Below are positions 1 to 8,901 of a stretch of DNA of 32,000 nucleotides, piece after piece (the first letter of the stretch is position 1; every line of letters begins with the position of its first letter). This DNA comes from Desulfotalea psychrophila LSv54 (lineage in GTDB: Bacteria; Desulfobacterota; Desulfobulbia; Desulfobulbales; Desulfocapsaceae). The translations under genes were made by a program, and so were the position numbers. Under the pieces are notes generated by a model, which was not told the DNA's origin, searched no databases, and saw only the letters and a list, made by a program, of their open reading frames with translations. Location of the stretch: the NCBI RefSeq assembly GCF_000025945.1, contig NC_006138.1:2700001-2732000 (forward strand). The letters run 5' to 3'.

Positions 1-210
1 CTTGGCTATGGTAGTCGGGGCTTGAATGGTGAGTTGGTCTAAAAACAGCAGCACCTGGCAGTAGCGGATGGTCGAGCATCCTGGAGCTGGCTTGAATGAC
101 GACTGAAACAGAAAAGCTCCTTGACTTCTAAACGCCTGTTTTGTAACTGGTATTAGCTTGAGTTTACATAGGCGAATATTTGCGAGCAGGAGTACGATAA
201 CTTGGTCCTC

Positions 211-242
211 TCTTGAATGTGATCGAACGATCATATTCAAGA
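211..242. promoter_or_regulatory. Operator-like 15-bp inverted repeat (TCTTGAATGTGATCG-aa-CGATCATATTCAAGA) just upstream of the RBS of the 277 gene
   Basis: The arms match 14/15 when reverse-complemented. The half-site core CTTGAATG also occurs at 21-28 and 91-98. An AAAGGAG RBS follows at about 263-269. Confidence 0.4.
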
Positions 243-276
243 TCCCCTTTAGATATAGAATGAAAGGAGTTGCAAG

Positions 277-990
277 GTGATTACATTTGATAACTATTCG
301 GATTTGTATGATGCCTGGTTTCAACGCAATCAGGTGATTTTGGAATCCGAGCTGCGTCTGGTGGCTCATGTGTTGGGAAAAAATCCAGGTAGAACTCTGA
401 GTGTAGGCTGCGGTACAGGTCTGTTTGAGCAGCTGTTGCAGTCACAGTATGGCATTTCCATAAGCGAAGGCGTGGAGCCTTGCGAGCCCATGGGGGCCAT
501 TGCCCGTAAACGCGGAATGACAGTGGCCGAGGCCGGGGCAGAGCAGATGCCTTTGGAAGACGGCTTGTATGACACGGTGATGTTTAATGGTTCACCAGGC
601 TATATCGCCGATCTGGACGCAGCAGTGCTGGAGGCCCATCGTTTGCTCAAGATGGGGGGCCGGATTTTATTGATCGATGTGCCTGCAGAAAGTTCCTACG
701 GTCTTCTTTATCGTTTAGGTGGCGCCTATGGTGCCTGGGAAGATGAGCGACTACGGGGGGTATTGCCTGTCGAGCCCTATCCTGTTGAGTTGGCCGGTGG
801 CGCAAACTGGCGGCCCACTCAGGATAAAATCGATGCTGCCCTGAAGGCAGGGTTTACTGATTTATCCTATGCGCAGACCCTGACCAGGCATCCTTGTTTT
901 TCCGACACCACTCCAGAAGACCCCACAGCGGGCTATCAGTCCGGTGATTATGTGGCCGTGTCTGCGGTTAAGCCCCTGGCCGCTGGCTGA
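277..990 (+). CDS. Class I SAM-dependent methyltransferase
   Basis: 237-aa ORF with a GTG start after an AAAGGAG RBS. Motif I is LSVGCGTGLFEQLL. An acidic loop and an ILLIDVP strand are typical of the Methyltransf_11/25 fold. Confidence 0.8.
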   Translation: MITFDNYSDLYDAWFQRNQVILESELRLVAHVLGKNPGRTLSVGCGTGLFEQLLQSQYGISISEGVEPCEPMGAIARKRGMTVAEAGAEQMPLEDGLYDTVMFNGSPGYIADLDAAVLEAHRLLKMGGRILLIDVPAESSYGLLYRLGGAYGAWEDERLRGVLPVEPYPVELAGGANWRPTQDKIDAALKAGFTDLSYAQTLTRHPCFSDTTPEDPTAGYQSGDYVAVSAVKPLAAG

Positions 991-1008
991 AAACAGAGGT
1001 CTGTTGAA

Positions 1009-1665
1009 ATGAGTGATACTACCTTTTACGGTCGCTGCCTTAAGGCCTGTGGATCGAGCTGGGAGCTGGCTGCGGCTCATCCTTTTGTGGAAGGGCTGGC
1101 TCGCGGCCGCCTCAGTGCAGAGCAGATGCAGACCTATTTGATTCAGGATGGCCTCTATCTGCAGAACTATGTACGAGTCTGCCGCCTGTTGGCTAATCGG
1201 GCCGCCATCGCTTCTGATCGGCTCCTTTTTGAATATTCTGCCCGTCTGTCGGCAGAGGCAGAGCTGGGGTTGCAGGCAGAGCTTTTTCAGGCCCTGGGGC
1301 TGGAATGGAGAAATGCGCCACCAGAGCCTGCCACTGTGGCCTATATCTATCGGGAAAGCGAGGCGATGCTACACTCTTCTGAGCTGGTGGCCCTTGCTGC
1401 GGCTACCCCTTGTACCGTGCTGTATGCCGAGGTAGGGCGGCGGTTGGCAGAGCGGCCGGAAGCGGCAGCAGCCAACCATCCCTTTCGTCTCTGGCTGGAT
1501 CTCTATGCAGATGCCTCGGTGCAGGAGATGGCCCGGCAGTGGATACAGTGCTTGAACAGGTGGGCGGCAACTGCCAAACGGTCTGCAGAAGAACAGGCCT
1601 TAGAGGCATTTGCTGTCAGTATGCAGTGCGAGGTGGATTTTTGGGAGCAGGCCTGGGGGGCCTGA
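1009..1665 (+). CDS. tenA: TenA-family thiaminase II / aminopyrimidine aminohydrolase (haem-oxygenase-like fold)
   Basis: 218 aa. It carries [28 protein letters not shown] and the catalytic-Cys context [11 protein letters not shown], both characteristic of TenA_C. The gene starts 18 nt after the upstream stop. Confidence 0.75.
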   Translation: MSDTTFYGRCLKACGSSWELAAAHPFVEGLARGRLSAEQMQTYLIQDGLYLQNYVRVCRLLANRAAIASDRLLFEYSARLSAEAELGLQAELFQALGLEWRNAPPEPATVAYIYRESEAMLHSSELVALAAATPCTVLYAEVGRRLAERPEAAAANHPFRLWLDLYADASVQEMARQWIQCLNRWAATAKRSAEEQALEAFAVSMQCEVDFWEQAWGA

Positions 1666-1699
1666 GTAGCTATCCCTCAGGGGCAAGAGCCCTAGGGTT

Positions 1700-2396
1700 T
1701 GCCGGTGGAAACCTATGGCGAGGACTGGAAGATGCGCATTGCTCATGCTAAAATTCTCACCATCAATCCCGACGTACTGCTCTAAACCTTGTCGAAGTAT
1801 CGCTTTCCAGAAACTTGATCGCAACCCTACCTGCTTGCCTCCTCGCGGAGGCTTAGTTTGTCGTAAGTCAACTGCCTGTAGCGATACATTGCCGTTTCAG
1901 CCAGTGACCCTCTGGTGGTATCCTGTGCTTTCCTGCCACTCTTTCAACACACCTTTTCGCAGTGCTCTTACAGCGTCATTTCTCGGGTGGCTTCCTCCCA
2001 CATTCCAGCATTCTTCCGTGGAGGACGACGACCGATCCTTTTCTCTTGGCAATGTCATAGCAAGCTTTCGTGTCCTGCTCCATCACCCAATATCTGCTTA
2101 ATATGAAGAGGATTTAATAACGGCCCTAAGAATTTGGAATCATGGCCCCACTCCATCGAAATTTTACCACTTAGGCGATCAGTTTCTGTATCGATAGCAG
2201 GATGGAGTTTGCGCCAAGTTCTACGTTTACCTGCACCATGCTTTCCTATACTCCATTCTCCTTTTTCGTGCTTACACCCAATCGAAGCGGACAAGGTAAT
2301 TGACATCTCATACTCTGTAATTGTTCTTTTTATCTCGACGATAATTTTGTCTTCTATCTCGTTGATATTTTTAAGCATAAAACACCTCCTCACCAT
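1700..2396 (-). pseudogene. IS5-family (IS903-like) DDE transposase remnant, N-terminally truncated with multiple frameshifts
   Basis: Minus-strand translations spread over three frames read GEWSIGKHGAGKRRTWRKLHPAIDTETD, GDGAG, TKACYDIAKRKGS, PPRKNAGMWEE, NDAVRALRKGVLKEWQESTGYHQR and SLAETAMYRYRQL. These follow the conserved order of IS5/IS903 transposases. At least four frame changes are needed, and the N-terminal third is absent. Confidence 0.7.
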
Positions 2397-2666
2397 TAAG
2401 AGAGATGGGTAAACGCAATTTGATATCTGCTCGATCTTGCCTGTCTTGTGGGCAGAGAAGGTAGATGCTTTTCATGAGAAAAGTGATATGAAGATTGATC
2501 AATCTTGAAAAGCCAACTCGTTTCCATCTCTACCTAAGAGTAAATACTTACTTTTATATTATAGAAATGGCCTATGCAAATTTTAATGGTTGTTAACTCT
2601 GTCTTTGCTAAAACTCAGTTAAGTGAAAAGGGGAGGGGTATACAAGATTGTTTTCAGTGACTTGAC

Positions 2667-2687
2667 GTGTTCGGCAAAACCGAACAC
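2667..2687 (+). terminator. Perfect 8-bp hairpin (GTGTTCGG-caaaa-CCGAACAC) followed by an interrupted T-tract
   Basis: Read directly from the sequence. The downstream sequence is tttgtcatgttttt. No obvious upstream gene, so the function is uncertain. Confidence 0.25.
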
Positions 2688-2809
2688 TTTGTCATGTTTT
2701 TCGTAATTTCTTTTTACTGAGGTAGGGGGTATATAAAAATCGTAGCAAAGAAAAATACCACGATTTCGCTAGCCGTATTTGGCATATCATCTCTATGAAG
2801 GGTAATATA

Positions 2810-2923
2810 ATGAAAAATATATTCGCTAAAAAAATGAATGCTGTAGTTCAAGTAGCTGTTGGTCTTGCCCTTTTGAGTGTTGTTACCCTTGGGCCAGTTG
2901 AGGTAGCGCTACTTCTGGCCTAG
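2810..2923 (+). CDS. Hypothetical 37-aa hydrophobic peptide (MKNIFAKKMNAVVQVAVGLALLSVVTLGPVEVALLLA)
   Basis: ATG preceded by a GAAGGG-like RBS. It has a basic N-terminus followed by one hydrophobic helix. It falls below the length cutoff of the ORF track, and no homology is recognisable. Confidence 0.25.
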   Translation: MKNIFAKKMNAVVQVAVGLALLSVVTLGPVEVALLLA

Positions 2924-2981
2924 GTCAGTTATAGAACAAGCAGGCTTTTAAACACTTTGTTCCACCTAGACGGTGTAAAAT

Positions 2982-4030
2982 TTAAATCTTCGGATAAAGT
3001 CTTTTTAACTTTATCGGTGCAAAATTACCAATCAACTTTTGTTTGCTGACTATTTCGATCAATATGCTATACAGTGCCACACTATCTCTCATTTTTTCAA
3101 TACAGGCAATGCAACCTACGAGACATTGTCACGTTAAAATGCTGAGCTCAATCTCTGCAATGTTTAACCAACTCCCGTGTTTTGGAGTGTGGTGGATTTC
3201 AAGCCAATCTGCCAATTTTTTGGTTAAATCAAGTGGAAAAGCTGTATATAATGAAGCATGGGCGTTCAGATTATCCATAACTACTTTTTTAGCGTCTGGA
3301 TGGTTCTTCAAGCATTTCATGTATAAAATAAGCCCAGTTCGCACGAGTACGGCGCTCAGTATTTTTAACATGTCACATTTCCTGCAAAAGGTCATCGTCA
3401 AGCAACTCAGCGTGCCCCTGAAACTGCAGGAAGAAGCTTCTTCACCTCACGGCTCGGCTGAACACTTGACTCATTCATATAAAATAGCGGGAAATCAGCA
3501 TGGTTTGAACAAGTATAAAGGTCTAAAACATCTTCCAGCGCTACCACAAAAACGGCATTCTTGTCAGGAGGAATTTTCCAGTATTTACTCAAATACGGCT
3601 TACGCCTTTAACACCTTACAAACTGTCATTACCGAGACACTTTCTATCATTTTAAGCTCAACCATTTTCCCGCCAATAGCTGCACAGTCCAACGCCCCCT
3701 ACCCTCTGGGACTTCCGAACATGCAAATGCCAAAAGATGAGTTTCAAATTCTCCGCCAAATTTAATTTCCTTAGGTGGGGTTAGTCGTTTCTTACACTCA
3801 TTAGTAACCGAAATTCCCTATTCAACAAACCGTTTTTTCAGATATTCCAGACTACGAGTTATTGTCCCAAGTGCCTATCCAACATTTAGCACTCAAGCAA
3901 CAGTAGTACTCTTACATACAAGAGAGTTCGGGCAACTCTTCTCTCCCACATCGAAATAAATTCCAGATCTTTACGTTCTTTCCTGGTCAGCCTTACTCGA
4001 CAAGGTAGTGCCACGTAAACATTACCTTTA
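2982..4030 (-). pseudogene. IS630-family (DDE_3) transposase, heavily decayed
   Basis: Minus-strand fragments in family order: VRLTRKERKDLEFIS...RVARTLLYVRVLLLLEC (HTH region), WKIPPDKNAVFVVALEDVLDLY, DNLNAHASLYTAFPLDLTKKLADWLEIHHTPKHGSWLNIAEIELSILT, an in-frame TGA at 3129-3131, then QCLVGCI...APIKLKRLYPKI-stop. Several stops and frameshifts interrupt them. Confidence 0.8.
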
Positions 4031-4812
4031 TTCTTAAAGCTCCTCCCTCTTTTCTAAGAAACATCATTCTAAATATAACAATAATTGCATAGAGTCTTAG
4101 CCCCAAAATAGTATTTGCAGGAGGAAATTATACGCTAAGACACCTTGGTCGCTACAGGCCGTTACAAGACATTACAAAAGGTTAAGCATAGACACCAATA
4201 ATGCAAAAGCAACTCAGCAAACAATAGAAAAAAGAAATACTCCATAAATAACCAATGCAAGGGCAAAAAAAACCAGTGAAAAACAGCCTAGCCCTTTAAG
4301 CCAGCCTCAACATGTTGCCGGCAAAAAAGATGAACAAGTCACATTCGCATTATGGCTTTGGCCAAAAAAGCGCAGAAAGAAAAACAACCAAAAAAAAACA
4401 CTACTCATACTCCGCTAGCCTTCCCTTCAAAAATAAGCTCGATAAGCTTAATTAACTGAAAATACCAATCATCCCGTACAGCGCCAAGCGCCAGAAAATA
4501 AAGCTGACCCTTGCCCAGCATGAAGTCAAATAAGGCTAGGAATAGCTTGGTAATTTGCAGTTTTCAAATTGAAATGATTACAGCTGACAACGATTTAAAG
4601 TCAACTTTGACTCGTACAGCTCAGGTCAGCAGAAACAAAAAAACTGATAATCACCCAAAAACAGCTCGTTAGAAATTTAAGTCGTTTTTGGCATAAATTT
4701 CGCTTCGTATATTCCACCACATAGGGTTTTGACTAAAATAGTTGGGTGCTGAGGAAATATGTAATCTGAGTAGCTAACTAGCAAAATATAAAGGGAATAA
4801 AAGGGAAAATTT

Positions 4813-6327
4813 ATGGCTAAGAAAGAAAGAGTAGTTCTGGAAAAATCAATTAAACCTGCTGGTGTTTTAGCGCTGGCTATTGGCTCGATTATCGGCTGGG
4901 GTTGTTTTATTTTACCTGGCAGCATGATGGATAAAGCTGGCCCAGTAGGAGCCATCATAGGACTTATACTTGGAGCAGTAATCATGCTCGTTATAGCAAA
5001 AAGCTATGGCTATATGATTCAAAAAGTTCCTGTTTCTGGTGGAGAATTTGCTTACGCCTATAACGGTTTTGGTCGCAACCACGCCTATGTTTGTGGCTGG
5101 TTTCTTACTCTGGGCTATCTCAGTATTGTTCCCCTCAATGCAACGGCACTATCTCTTCTGGCAAAGTTTACAGCACCAGAACTCCTTACCTGGGGTTATC
5201 TCTATACGATTGCAGGCTCAAAAATTTACTTTGGAGAGGTTGCTCTTGCTTCATCTGCAATGCTCATTTTTGGTTTCCTAAATTATCGTGGCTCTAAAGG
5301 TGTTGCTGGCGTTCAGGTTTACATGGTTGCTCTCTTGGTTGCCGCTGCAATTCTTATTGCAGGCGGTGCAATATCATCTGAATCAGCATCGTTTAGCAAC
5401 CTTGTTCCATATTTCAACCCTGATGTGCCAACCATTGCTGGCATTGTAAGTATTGTTGCCATTGCCCCGTGGTTGTTTGTTGGTTTTGACACTATTCCTC
5501 AGGCGGCAGAAGAATACGACTTCCCACCTGCAAAAGCGAACAAACTCATCATACTCTCTATTCTTGTTGGTGTCGGAATATACCTGTTAGTTCTGGTAGC
5601 AACAGGTGTCGTTTTTCCTTGGCAAGAGTTATCTGCGGGCAACCATGTATGGCCTACAGGATTTGCGATGGAAGCTGCGGTAGGTAAGGCAGGTCTTTGG
5701 TTTCTCGTAATTGCAATTTCAATGGGAATTTGTACTGGTATTAACGGCTTTTACATGGCTACGAGCCGTCTGCTCTTTTCCATGGGACGCGCACAGGTGT
5801 TACCTGAATGGTTTACTGGCGTGGATAAGAAGAGTGGTGTACCTAAAAACGCTGTAATTTTCACAGCAGCAGTTGCTCTTATCGCACCATGGTTTGGTCG
5901 TAACGTTATTGTCTGGGTTGTTGAAATGGCTGCCCTCGGTACAGCTTTTGGCTACATGTACACCTGTTTTGGAGCATATAGAGAGGCCAAGAAAGCTGAT
6001 GGCAGAAATGTTGAAATCCCAATAAAAAGTGGAACTGCTCTTGCTGGTGGCCTTCTCTCTTTTGGCATCCTTCTTCTTCTCTGTGTTCCAGGTAGCCCAG
6101 GTTTTATGGCCCATGAATCTTGGTATGCTCTCGGAGTGTGGGTTGCTCTAGGCGCTGTATTCTACGCTATGCAGGCTAAGCGCTATAACGCCCTAAGCCA
6201 TGCAGAACTTGACTACTTAATTCTTGACAAAAAAGACTCTTCCGACAAATCTGTGGGTGAATGTGACGAAAATATCATGGTTCAGCCTATAATTAATACT
6301 GGATCTACAATAAGTGCAATAGACTAA
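4813..6327 (+). CDS. APC-superfamily amino acid/polyamine permease
   Basis: 504 aa with many hydrophobic segments. The N-terminal AGVLALAIGSIIGWGCFILPG motif is typical of APC permeases. An AAGGGA RBS lies upstream of the ATG. Confidence 0.8.
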   Translation: MAKKERVVLEKSIKPAGVLALAIGSIIGWGCFILPGSMMDKAGPVGAIIGLILGAVIMLVIAKSYGYMIQKVPVSGGEFAYAYNGFGRNHAYVCGWFLTLGYLSIVPLNATALSLLAKFTAPELLTWGYLYTIAGSKIYFGEVALASSAMLIFGFLNYRGSKGVAGVQVYMVALLVAAAILIAGGAISSESASFSNLVPYFNPDVPTIAGIVSIVAIAPWLFVGFDTIPQAAEEYDFPPAKANKLIILSILVGVGIYLLVLVATGVVFPWQELSAGNHVWPTGFAMEAAVGKAGLWFLVIAISMGICTGINGFYMATSRLLFSMGRAQVLPEWFTGVDKKSGVPKNAVIFTAAVALIAPWFGRNVIVWVVEMAALGTAFGYMYTCFGAYREAKKADGRNVEIPIKSGTALAGGLLSFGILLLLCVPGSPGFMAHESWYALGVWVALGAVFYAMQAKRYNALSHAELDYLILDKKDSSDKSVGECDENIMVQPIINTGSTISAID

Positions 6328-6340
6328 AGTCTGAAAAGTT

Positions 6341-6372
6341 GGTGAGTTGGAGCTGTTTTCCGCCAACTCACC
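6341..6372 (+). terminator. 10-bp perfect hairpin (GGTGAGTTGG-12 nt-CCAACTCACC) 14 nt after the permease stop
   Basis: Read from the sequence. There is no clear U-tract, so it is a possible but atypical intrinsic terminator. Confidence 0.35.
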
Positions 6373-6896
6373 CAAGCCTCATGGCACTTATCTGGTTTGC
6401 GTAAAGCAGGTTTGCCAATCCACGAAATGGAAGGGAGCTCACTCCGCTGGAAGTCTTTACTGGTCAGACTCTTACACTTATTGCTTAACCTGACATCAAT
6501 CTGAGTAAGTCCCTATTAAAATTGACTTCTTGTCGCACCCGGAACATGTTACGGATTGAGCATGTCGCTCAAAGTGTAACTTAAGTCAGTCTCTAGTACA
6601 CAGTAATTTTTAAGCATTCACTTCCACCCCAGTTCCTGCCATAATCTACTTTCTCGCATGAATCATGGAGCCTTTTATTCTTTCAACAGGAGGCTTTGGA
6701 TGACAGGGAAGAGATGGCCCATCCTCCCTCATATCATGGAATCGGCTTTGGGTGCCCCCCCTCCCTTTGACACGGAGCTGCACACCGGAGAGGCCCCACG
6801 ACGATAGCGCTTGAACTGTTTGAGCGTAGTGGAGTTCTCAAATTCTCGTGAGGTTTGCGGCGCACAGAGGGCCGTAGTGGCGGAGCTTTTTTTTCA

Positions 6897-7517
6897 TCAT
6901 TTTCTTTTGAGAGGATCAGGTTGTTTCTTTCCACTTGTATGAAAAATTACTATGGCGAAAATTGCACCAAAGGTGTCTGCAACAATATCTTTTTGGGCAT
7001 CCCATATATCTCCTTGGGACCCCAGAACCTCAATCCCAGCCTCTGGGTCTCCCAAAATTGCAAACTGCCACTCCATAACTTCATAGATTCCGGCAAGAGA
7101 CATGATGGCAAATAATGCAAACAGGTAGGTAACAACTTTTGAATTTGTCAGTTTTTTAGACGTCAATAATTCTGCTATGGGAAATGCGTAAAAACCTACG
7201 GTAAAATGGGCAATTCTATCGTAATGATTTCTCTCAAAGCCGAAAAAATCAGTGAACCAGTCAAAAGGGACTGCCGCAAAGGTATAATACCCGCCAATGG
7301 TGTGCATAAAGATCAAAAAAGAGATCAAAAAATAACTCAGGTTTGAAAATCTAAAATACCTGTATGTACCTACAAAAAGTATCACTATAAGTACAATTGG
7401 TAGATTTTCAGCAAACCATACCTCTCTTCCACTGAGAGGATTAATTCCTAAAATGATAAACAGTATTAAATAAGCAATAATGAGGAGATGGGGAAATTTG
7501 TTGCGCAAGAATAGCAT
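6897..7517 (-). CDS. DUF2238 (YjdF-like) inner membrane protein
   Basis: 206 aa and multi-TM. The segment FMHTIGGYYTFAAVPFDWFTDFFGFERNHYDRIAHFTVGFY matches my recollection of the DUF2238 signature. Confidence 0.65.
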   Translation of the reverse strand: MLFLRNKFPHLLIIAYLILFIILGINPLSGREVWFAENLPIVLIVILFVGTYRYFRFSNLSYFLISFLIFMHTIGGYYTFAAVPFDWFTDFFGFERNHYDRIAHFTVGFYAFPIAELLTSKKLTNSKVVTYLFALFAIMSLAGIYEVMEWQFAILGDPEAGIEVLGSQGDIWDAQKDIVADTFGAIFAIVIFHTSGKKQPDPLKRK

Positions 7518-7604
7518 AATATGATGCCCTGTTTTAAATAATTAATATGATGAAAAAACATAATCTCTACCCCTTCTCAACCCACTCCACCCAAGAATAG
7601 ACCT

Positions 7605-8498
7605 TTACGACCTTATAACTTCACCCACAACAATTGTTCGTCCAGCAGTGAATTTGATCTTCTTGTTTATCACTATAGTGCTAGGTAGTTTTTCAACAAT
7701 CTGATCTGGGAAAATAACACAGAAAGTTTTGATAAAAGGAATCCATTTGGTAAATATTGCCAGCGACAGATCTTGAGCGGAGGTGCACCAGGATCTGTCA
7801 GCCGGGAAGTCGGACACTAAACAACAATCATGGAGCCAAGGAGTAAAGGCATCTTTATTGTGAATATCTAAATCAACTCCCAAAACATCCCTATTTGTCT
7901 TCGCCATCCTGAGCATATTGACATTGTTATCAGAAGCATAGCTTTCCCTATCTAAAAGTTTAGCCGCCAGGGGAAGCAGACCTGTACCACAACAGGGATC
8001 AATAACAGGAGAACTCCCTGAAATATTTATAAGAGCAAGAGCAGCATGAGGTTTAAGGGAAACACAAGTTCTCTCTGTGATCTGCCCGAACTTCTCGACG
8101 ATGCTATCTGTTTTCTCACGAACAAAGCCGGCAATCCAGAGCACATTATCTGGTGAGAAAACTAAAATAATTGATTTAGGATGAGAAGCTCTTATCTCCC
8201 CTCCGTGAATTTTTTCTGCCAGGAATGCATAGCTGGTGGAACCACATCTTTTGTTCTTATGAATTTTTTCAAGTCTGTAGGGAGATGGGATATTTTCGCT
8301 AAAGTTTGTGATGACTTCTTCTGGAGATGATCCTCGAGATACCTCTCTAATAGAAAACCTGGCATAGGCACTTTTCTCTAAGTCAAAACTCTCCCCATAA
8401 AAAAATCTATTTGAGGCTTGGGTCAAACCAGCAGAGATCATCTCGGCTAAGGCTAAATCTTCAAATCCTTCGGTTGTATTTCTATAAATCCAGATCAT
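7605..8498 (-). CDS. SAM-dependent methyltransferase, UPF0020/Trm11-like, with an atypical motif IV
   Basis: 297 aa. Motif I is VIDPCCGTGLLPLAAKLL. DFPA (LVSDFPADRSW) sits where (D/N/S)PP(Y/F) is expected. The roughly 160-aa N-terminal domain is unassigned. Confidence 0.55.
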   Translation of the reverse strand: MIWIYRNTTEGFEDLALAEMISAGLTQASNRFFYGESFDLEKSAYARFSIREVSRGSSPEEVITNFSENIPSPYRLEKIHKNKRCGSTSYAFLAEKIHGGEIRASHPKSIILVFSPDNVLWIAGFVREKTDSIVEKFGQITERTCVSLKPHAALALINISGSSPVIDPCCGTGLLPLAAKLLDRESYASDNNVNMLRMAKTNRDVLGVDLDIHNKDAFTPWLHDCCLVSDFPADRSWCTSAQDLSLAIFTKWIPFIKTFCVIFPDQIVEKLPSTIVINKKIKFTAGRTIVVGEVIRS

Positions 8499-8588
8499 TA
8501 GAGGTCTTTTAAATTAAGGTTTGAAAGATGTTATGCAGCACCGTCACATTCTATTAGCACTCAATGTACTGTGTTCAAGCAAAGCAGT

Positions 8589-8831
8589 TTATAATCTCAT
8601 CAGTATTCTTTTTGTGCTGTCATACAGTATGGCAACACTCACTGACGAGGAAATCGAGGATAAGGTTAAATTGGACATCTCTTGAAGGTTATACTTTTCG
8701 GGCAGCACACTATCTTCGGTGATTCTGCCCCTCGGAATAGCTCTAGCGTGAGGAATTCTATTTTTGATAGTAACATCTAATCCTGCAATGTCAGCCCCAC
8801 TTTGACCACCTGATATGATTTTCTTTATCAT
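8589..8831 (-). pseudogene. cpYpsA/SLOG-family (former MoCo_carrier, PF12694-like) gene, C-terminally truncated
   Basis: The N-terminus IISGGQSGADIAGLDVTIKNRIPHARAIPRGRITEDSVLPEKYNLQE matches the ISGGQTGxDRAALD...GWCPKGR...P..Y.L.E pattern. After about 55 aa the similarity is lost and the ORF ends at 80 aa. No other frame continues the family sequence. Confidence 0.45.
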
Positions 8832-8901
8832 TAAGTACTCTCTCTAAGACGTTGCAGTCGGAAGTTTTTTTTCGAATCTGACCAGTCTGCGCCATGAGAT
8901 T

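Noticed and set aside
3043-3765. 240-aa plus-strand ORF
   Set aside because: It lies antisense to clearly recognisable IS630 transposase fragments on the minus strand. It has a low-complexity composition and no motifs or RBS.
4100-4700. Strongly A-rich, ORF-poor tract including a 47-aa basic ORF starting at 4312
   Set aside because: It has no RBS, no repeats with regular spacing and no recognisable structure. It is probably eroded spacer or IS-flanking DNA.
4741-4780. GTTGGGTGCTGAGG...CTGAG upstream of the permease, resembling the start of a TPP (THI-box) riboswitch
   Set aside because: The rest of the THI element (ACCC...CCTGATCTGGATAATGCCAGCG-type segment) is absent, and the downstream gene is an amino-acid-type permease.
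6700-6900. GC-rich patch between the permease and the DUF2238 gene. Its minus-strand translations (e.g. SREFENSTTLKQFKRYRRGASPVCSSVSKGG) vaguely recall transposase C-termini.
   Set aside because: I cannot match it to a specific family, and the frames are short and broken.
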